This document shows positions 7,508 through 11,541 of a stretch of 11,541 nucleotides of DNA, in pieces. The notes beneath the pieces were generated by a model. The model ran no database searches, had not been told where the DNA came from, and saw only the letters and a list, made by a program, of their open reading frames with translations. The stretch is from an uncultured Deinococcales bacterium. Its GTDB lineage: Bacteria > Deinococcota > Deinococci > Deinococcales > JAAFIG01. The translations under genes were made by a program, and so were the position numbers. Location: the NCBI GenBank assembly GCA_964244895.1, contig CAXTKV010000133.1:1-11541 (forward strand), read 5' to 3'. How positions within the stretch are numbered: the stretch's first letter is position 1; every line of letters starts with the position of its first letter.

Positions 7508-8966
7508 CGCCATTGCCGGATCGGCAGGTCTGGTCGCGCTGGCGGACAATCAGCCGATCATCGGCGCCCTGTCGCTGATCGAGATCGGTGCGCGCCCAGG
7601 CGCGGGAAACGAAGGGCCGGGACGCGGCGTGCTGCCGAACGGCGTCAACAACAGAACTGCCGATGAGCACGCGTTCGTCGAGGTGCTTCAGGTTCCGCGC
7701 CTGCGCGCCTACCAGAGTTGCCGCGCCAGCAAAGGCGCGGACTGCAACACCAACCCGAAGTACGCGCACGAATGGTCGGTGCCTTACATCAACGAGCAGA
7801 ACTCCGAAAAGCTCGAGGAGGGCCTCTCGAGGGCCTGGAACCGCTTCGATGCCAGGACGCTGTGGCGCATGAATTCGTTGATCAACTCGAACCCCGATCC
7901 GGGGCGAGCGCGCTACAGCTACAGCGGCAACTGCAGCGGATCGAAGCACACCGATCCATTCATCGATGCCTGGAACGACGACACCAGCGGCGAAATTGCC
8001 ACCGATGATTTCTGCGATAACTTGCAGCCAGATGGCGCCGAAGCCTACACCTGCAAGGACAACGGCAAGATCAAGGACATCAGGTGGGGTGTGGTGCAGG
8101 CGCGTTTCGACAAGGTCATGAAGTACTCCACCGAGGTCTATTACCCGTACATGCCAGCTTCCAATCCTGCGGATTACTGGAGCGAAGTTTACGCCACGAT
8201 GGATCTCTGGATGCCCGGCGCACTCGACTGGGACGGCGTTTATGACATTGACCGCTACGGCGCTGGCGGCGGAGTGATACCCCAGGGCGGGTACTCGGTC
8301 GGGTCGGCGGGCGGTTCGACCATCTCGCCGGTGTATTCGATCTTGCCCAACACGCCCATGTACGTCAGTCTGGCGGGCAAAGCGCAAGCGATCGATCCGC
8401 GCGGTTACGATTACATCCTGCGGCAGTACAAGGGCCAGGGTGCCAACCGCAAGAACCTCAAAGCCCTTCCCGGAGATTCGTACAGCACGGACGGTTATCC
8501 CGGCTTGCCCAAAATCGAGGCGCTCAAGTACAACCTCTCCGATCCGAACCGCGATATCTTCTACGCCTCGCCGCCCATGAAGTGGTCGGTCGGCGGTCAG
8601 GCCCGACCGACCGGAGCCAAGGGCCTGGGCAGCATGGTCGAGCAGCAGAACGTCGGCCACGCGACCTTCCTGCGCGTCTGGGCGCGCAAGGACAGGGAAT
8701 ACAGCCCCAGAGAAGTCCATTTCATCGTGAAGTGCAAGAAGGAAACCAAGGATTACCTGATTTCCAAAGGCGACAGGCAGGGCACGAACATCGTCGGCGA
8801 CACGAACCTCAAGCCGGGCTGTTGCAGCCCCGTCACGTTCGACAAAACTCGAGCCCACACGGACTGGAAAAGCATTCCCGAGGGTTACCAGATTCCGAAC
8901 GTGGTCGGCATTCCCATCAACCGCGATCCGACCAGAGCCAACGGCTACATTCCACCGATCAGGTGA
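7473..8966 (+). CDS. Secreted Cys-containing protein of unknown function (497 aa), possibly mating-pair stabilisation type
   Basis: AGGAGG RBS inside the upstream gene; hydrophobic signal ending ALA-D; eight Cys in the mature part; strong GC3 bias. The function is inferred from context only. Confidence 0.8.
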   Translation: MSQVLRTCLAISAIAGSAGLVALADNQPIIGALSLIEIGARPGAGNEGPGRGVLPNGVNNRTADEHAFVEVLQVPRLRAYQSCRASKGADCNTNPKYAHEWSVPYINEQNSEKLEEGLSRAWNRFDARTLWRMNSLINSNPDPGRARYSYSGNCSGSKHTDPFIDAWNDDTSGEIATDDFCDNLQPDGAEAYTCKDNGKIKDIRWGVVQARFDKVMKYSTEVYYPYMPASNPADYWSEVYATMDLWMPGALDWDGVYDIDRYGAGGGVIPQGGYSVGSAGGSTISPVYSILPNTPMYVSLAGKAQAIDPRGYDYILRQYKGQGANRKNLKALPGDSYSTDGYPGLPKIEALKYNLSDPNRDIFYASPPMKWSVGGQARPTGAKGLGSMVEQQNVGHATFLRVWARKDREYSPREVHFIVKCKKETKDYLISKGDRQGTNIVGDTNLKPGCCSPVTFDKTRAHTDWKSIPEGYQIPNVVGIPINRDPTRANGYIPPIR

Positions 8967-8980
8967 GCGCAGGCTGATCA

Positions 8981-8997
8981 GAAGACCGTCCAGCACG
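8981..8997 (+). repeat. Partial palindrome-family copy
   Basis: GAAGACCGTCCAGCACG matches the first 17 nt of the 5747 copy at 16/17. Confidence 0.75.
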
Positions 8998-9012
8998 CGA
9001 ATTCTACGCGCG

Positions 9013-9045
9013 AAAGAACACCGTCCAGGACGGTGTTCTTTTTTT
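9013..9045. repeat. Perfect palindrome copy AAAGAACACCGTCCAGGACGGTGTTCTTT plus T run (doubles as an intrinsic terminator)
   Basis: Core 9016-9038 identical to 2371-2393, followed by TTTTTTT, about 50 nt after the 8966 stop. Confidence 0.93.
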
Positions 9046-9238
9046 GGATCGCGCTCTGTTCTCGAGGGTGGGCGTCGTTCGATCTTGGGCACGCGTGCCC
9101 CCGACCCGCGCTCCAGCTTCACACCCGAGCAGAGGCTCGAGATTCGGGCTCGCGCCGCCGCGCGGAATTCGGTCGAGCCCAGGAATTTCAGGTGCGTTCT
9201 TGACGCGCTTGACCGTCGGAGTTGAAGAGAATGCAGTC

Positions 9239-9865
9239 ATGTTTTTCCAACCGCAACACCTGCGTTTCTGGCTGGCTGGCGCGGCCCTGTTTGCGGCGGC
9301 TCTGTGGGGCGTGGTGGTCTTGCTGGCCAACCAAAAAGATGCCGAACAGACCGCCAGGCTCGAGGCGACGCGCGGCACCGTGCTGGTCAGCCGCGCCAAA
9401 GCGCGAGGTGGTTTGAAGTCCGGCATCGGTCTGGAAGTGCGCTACACCAAGCTCGAGCGCACGCACACGCTGGGCGAGGTTCGTTACGTCAGCGCGCCGC
9501 CGGTCGGTGGCCCGCACAGCAGCATCTGGCAGAACTGCGGCGCCTACGATCAGCCCGTCCCCGACCTGACCGCCGTGCATTCACTCGAACACGGCGCGGT
9601 CTGGATTACCTACAAACCGGGCCTCGATGCCGCTGCGGTGGCGCGTCTGCGCGATCTCGCGCGCAAACCCTACGTGCTCGTCTCGCCGTACCCAACGCAA
9701 AGCGCCCCGATCACCGCGACCGCCTGGGGTGCGCAACTGCAACTCGGTCGGGCAGATGAGGCAAAACTCGAGGACTTCGTGGCGCGCTACACCAACCGGC
9801 GTGACGGCCCCGAATACGGCGCTCCGTGCGCGGGCGGCACGGGCATTCCGCTCGGTGCGAGTTGA
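9239..9865 (+). CDS. DUF3105 domain membrane-anchored protein
   Basis: N-terminal TM helix; PPVGGPHSSIWQNCGAYDQPV...VHSLEHGAVWITY...VLVSPYP...ITATAWG...GPEYGAPC motifs. Start moved to ATG 9239 because the listed N-terminus is non-protein-like. Confidence 0.88.
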   Translation: MFFQPQHLRFWLAGAALFAAALWGVVVLLANQKDAEQTARLEATRGTVLVSRAKARGGLKSGIGLEVRYTKLERTHTLGEVRYVSAPPVGGPHSSIWQNCGAYDQPVPDLTAVHSLEHGAVWITYKPGLDAAAVARLRDLARKPYVLVSPYPTQSAPITATAWGAQLQLGRADEAKLEDFVARYTNRRDGPEYGAPCAGGTGIPLGAS

Positions 9866-9897
9866 AACTCGCGCCAGTTCAACCCGGAGGAAAAAAC

Positions 9898-10314
9898 ATG
9901 AACGCGTTGACCCATAACAAACGATTCTCAGGACTTCAGATTGCGCTCTTCGCGGCGCTCTCAATGCTCGGATTATCCGGTTGCAACACGATCGGTGATC
10001 TGCTCGGCGTCAGCCCCGCTCGTGGCACGCTCAACCTGACGATCACGGGGCCGCAGGGCGCGCAGGTCAGCGCGACCGTCACCGGTGCGGACGAAGGCCC
10101 GCAGACCTTGACCGATGATGGTCGCGGCTTCACCAAAGCCTTGTCGCTCAGACCGGGCAACTACCCGATCACGGCCAGCGCCCTGAGCGGTTACGTCGCG
10201 CAGATCGCCGTCAAGCAATCCTCCGGCAACAGCACCAGGGATGGGTCTTACACGGTTCCGGTCGAATCCGGCGGTGTCACCACCGTGTCGGTCACGTACC
10301 GCGTCGGCCCGTGA
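9898..10314 (+). CDS. Lipoprotein with a beta-sandwich (PEGA/Ig-like) domain
   Basis: GGAGG RBS 7 nt before ATG 9898; lipobox LGLSG-C; GTLNLTITG...LRPGNYPITA...VESGGVTTVSVTY. Confidence 0.82.
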   Translation: MNALTHNKRFSGLQIALFAALSMLGLSGCNTIGDLLGVSPARGTLNLTITGPQGAQVSATVTGADEGPQTLTDDGRGFTKALSLRPGNYPITASALSGYVAQIAVKQSSGNSTRDGSYTVPVESGGVTTVSVTYRVGP

Positions 10315-10348
10315 ATCTACGGCGAACCTCGAGAACTCGCGCCACGCC

Positions 10349-10394
10349 ACGCCGTCCAGCACGCAGATTTTTAACGCGTGCCGGACGGCGTTTT
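10349..10394 (+). terminator. 16-bp inverted repeat (one mismatch) built from two palindrome-family cores, followed by Ts
   Basis: ACGCCGTCCAGCACGC-agatttttaac-GCGTGCCGGACGGCGT-TTT, 35 nt after the 10314 stop. Confidence 0.7.
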
Positions 10395-10513
10395 GATCGT
10401 GCTCGAGATCGCGGATCGATGGCCTGCCGCCTCGAAGTCAGCCGGAGTGCGCCTTTTCCAGTTTTCAGCCCAGCGCGGACGTACCCTAAATGCGACCTTC
10501 ATTGGCTGCACGT

Positions 10514-10714
10514 ATGTACGTCTATATTTTTTTCTTGGCATCAGATGATGCCTGCAGGTTTCTCGATCAGATGGGTTACGAGTTCGTTCCTGGAACGATC
10601 GGAAACGAACGCATCGCCGCTCTTTCGATTGTCTCTCAAGGGCTGGCTCAAACGCTTTTCAGCGAGATGAAGAGTCGCAATCTCGCGTCGCGGTGGTTCA
10701 TCGAACTGCGGTGA
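10514..10714 (+). CDS. Small hypothetical protein (66 aa; alternative start 10490)
   Basis: Protein-like composition (MYVYIFFLASDDACRFLDQMGYEF...) and a strong hairpin 10 nt after the stop; no clear RBS. Confidence 0.4.
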   Translation: MYVYIFFLASDDACRFLDQMGYEFVPGTIGNERIAALSIVSQGLAQTLFSEMKSRNLASRWFIELR

Positions 10715-10723
10715 AGCGAGCGC

Positions 10724-10758
10724 ATCGGCAGGAAATCCTTTCGGGGTTTCCTGCCGAT
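10724..10758. terminator. Strong hairpin, probable bidirectional terminator between the small ORF and traX
   Basis: ATCGGCAGGAAATCC-TTTCG-GGGTTTCCTGCCGAT. Confidence 0.75.
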
Positions 10759-10841
10759 TCATAGCCCCAGACTCGCCGATTCTAGGCTCGAGACTCGGCC
10801 CGCGCTTTCTAGAGCGCTCAGTCCCTTGAAACGATGTTCTC

Positions 10842-11541
10842 TCACTTCAGAACATCGCGGATGATCACCAGCGCGAGCAGGTGGCCCGGGTAAAACCCAT
10901 ACGCCAGAAATCGCTCGCGGGCCAGCAAACGCGGACGATCGCGCAGAAGGTGCGCGACCGCAATCACCACCAACGGCACGAACAAAGCCATGAACGATTC
11001 GGGCAGCAGGCTGTTCAGCATCAGCGTCACGAAACCCCACGACAGCCACATCAGCGGGTCGGCGGGCTTGCGCAACAGCGCCGCCCAGATCGGAACCATC
11101 AGGCAACCAAAGAACGCGTATTCCGTCCAGGTGTTGACCGCCACGAACGGAATGGCCGCCAGCCAGACCGCCCAGCCGAACCCGCGCCCCTCCAGGCGGC
11201 GCTGGATGAACCACAACCCGATCCCCAGGATCAGCGTGAAAAAAATGTTGGCGTAGGGCGTGTGAAAGGCGACCACGTACACGGGTTGGCTGACCAGGCC
11301 GCAAATCAGCAACGGCATCACGTAACGGCGCGGGTTGACGCCGCGCACTTGCAGGTTGTATGCGATCAGAAACGCGAACAGCGGGAACGCCATGCGCGCA
11401 ACCCACGAGAGCGCCGGAGCGTTCCCGCCCAGCACGACCTTGTTGGCGTGATCCAGCAGCATCAATCCGAGCGCCGTGAGCTTCAGGGCGTCCTGAGCGC
11501 CACCGGAGAGTCTCGGCCAGGCCAGGGCGGGGAACTGAGCG
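10842..11541 (-). CDS. traX: TraX family (pilin acetylase-like) membrane protein, start outside the window
   Basis: Frame open to the window end (...DALKLTALGLMLLDHANK...); motifs RMAFPLFAFLIAYNL, LVSQPVY, NIFFTL and YGFYPGHLLAL are typical of TraX. Confidence 0.9.
   Translation of the reverse strand, partial: AQFPALAWPRLSGGAQDALKLTALGLMLLDHANKVVLGGNAPALSWVARMAFPLFAFLIAYNLQVRGVNPRRYVMPLLICGLVSQPVYVVAFHTPYANIFFTLILGIGLWFIQRRLEGRGFGWAVWLAAIPFVAVNTWTEYAFFGCLMVPIWAALLRKPADPLMWLSWGFVTLMLNSLLPESFMALFVPLVVIAVAHLLRDRPRLLARERFLAYGFYPGHLLALVIIRDVLK

Noticed and set aside
7476..9122. 548-aa minus-strand ORF, and similar antisense ORFs at 3415-4425, 1625-2224 and 6643-7197
   Set aside because: Antisense shadows of real high-GC genes, with no RBS or recognisable motifs.
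9044..9238. Listed N-terminal extension of the DUF3105 ORF
   Set aside because: Arg/Pro-rich non-coding-like sequence that begins inside a terminator.
1532..10391. CRISPR array made of the palindromic repeats
   Set aside because: Copies are hundreds to thousands of bases apart with whole genes between them; there are no regular spacers and no cas genes.

Overview
GC-rich window that looks like part of a conjugative or mobile element (plasmid, megaplasmid or ICE), probably from a Deinococcota-like host (inferred from protein style and strong CTCGAG enrichment, not proven). From left to right it holds: the 3' end of a TPR-LuxR regulator; a convergent lipoprotein; a roughly 1.2 kb mostly non-coding region with one small terminated ORF; a three-gene unit encoding a nucleoside 2-deoxyribosyltransferase-like/Crp-HTH fusion, an 84-aa protein and an orphan ParB with degenerate CTPase motifs; two secreted proteins, possibly transfer-related; a DUF3105 protein; a lipoprotein; a small ORF; and a 5'-truncated traX. 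The most striking unexplained structure is a 23-bp palindrome, GAACACCGTCC-A-GGACGGTGTTC. Full or partial copies sit at most boundaries between transcription units (about 1541, 2338/2371, 2928, 5747, 8981/9016, 10349), mostly with the same core orientation. This suggests a ParB- or Crp-bound operator network, a REP-like element, or recombination sites that delimit gene modules.
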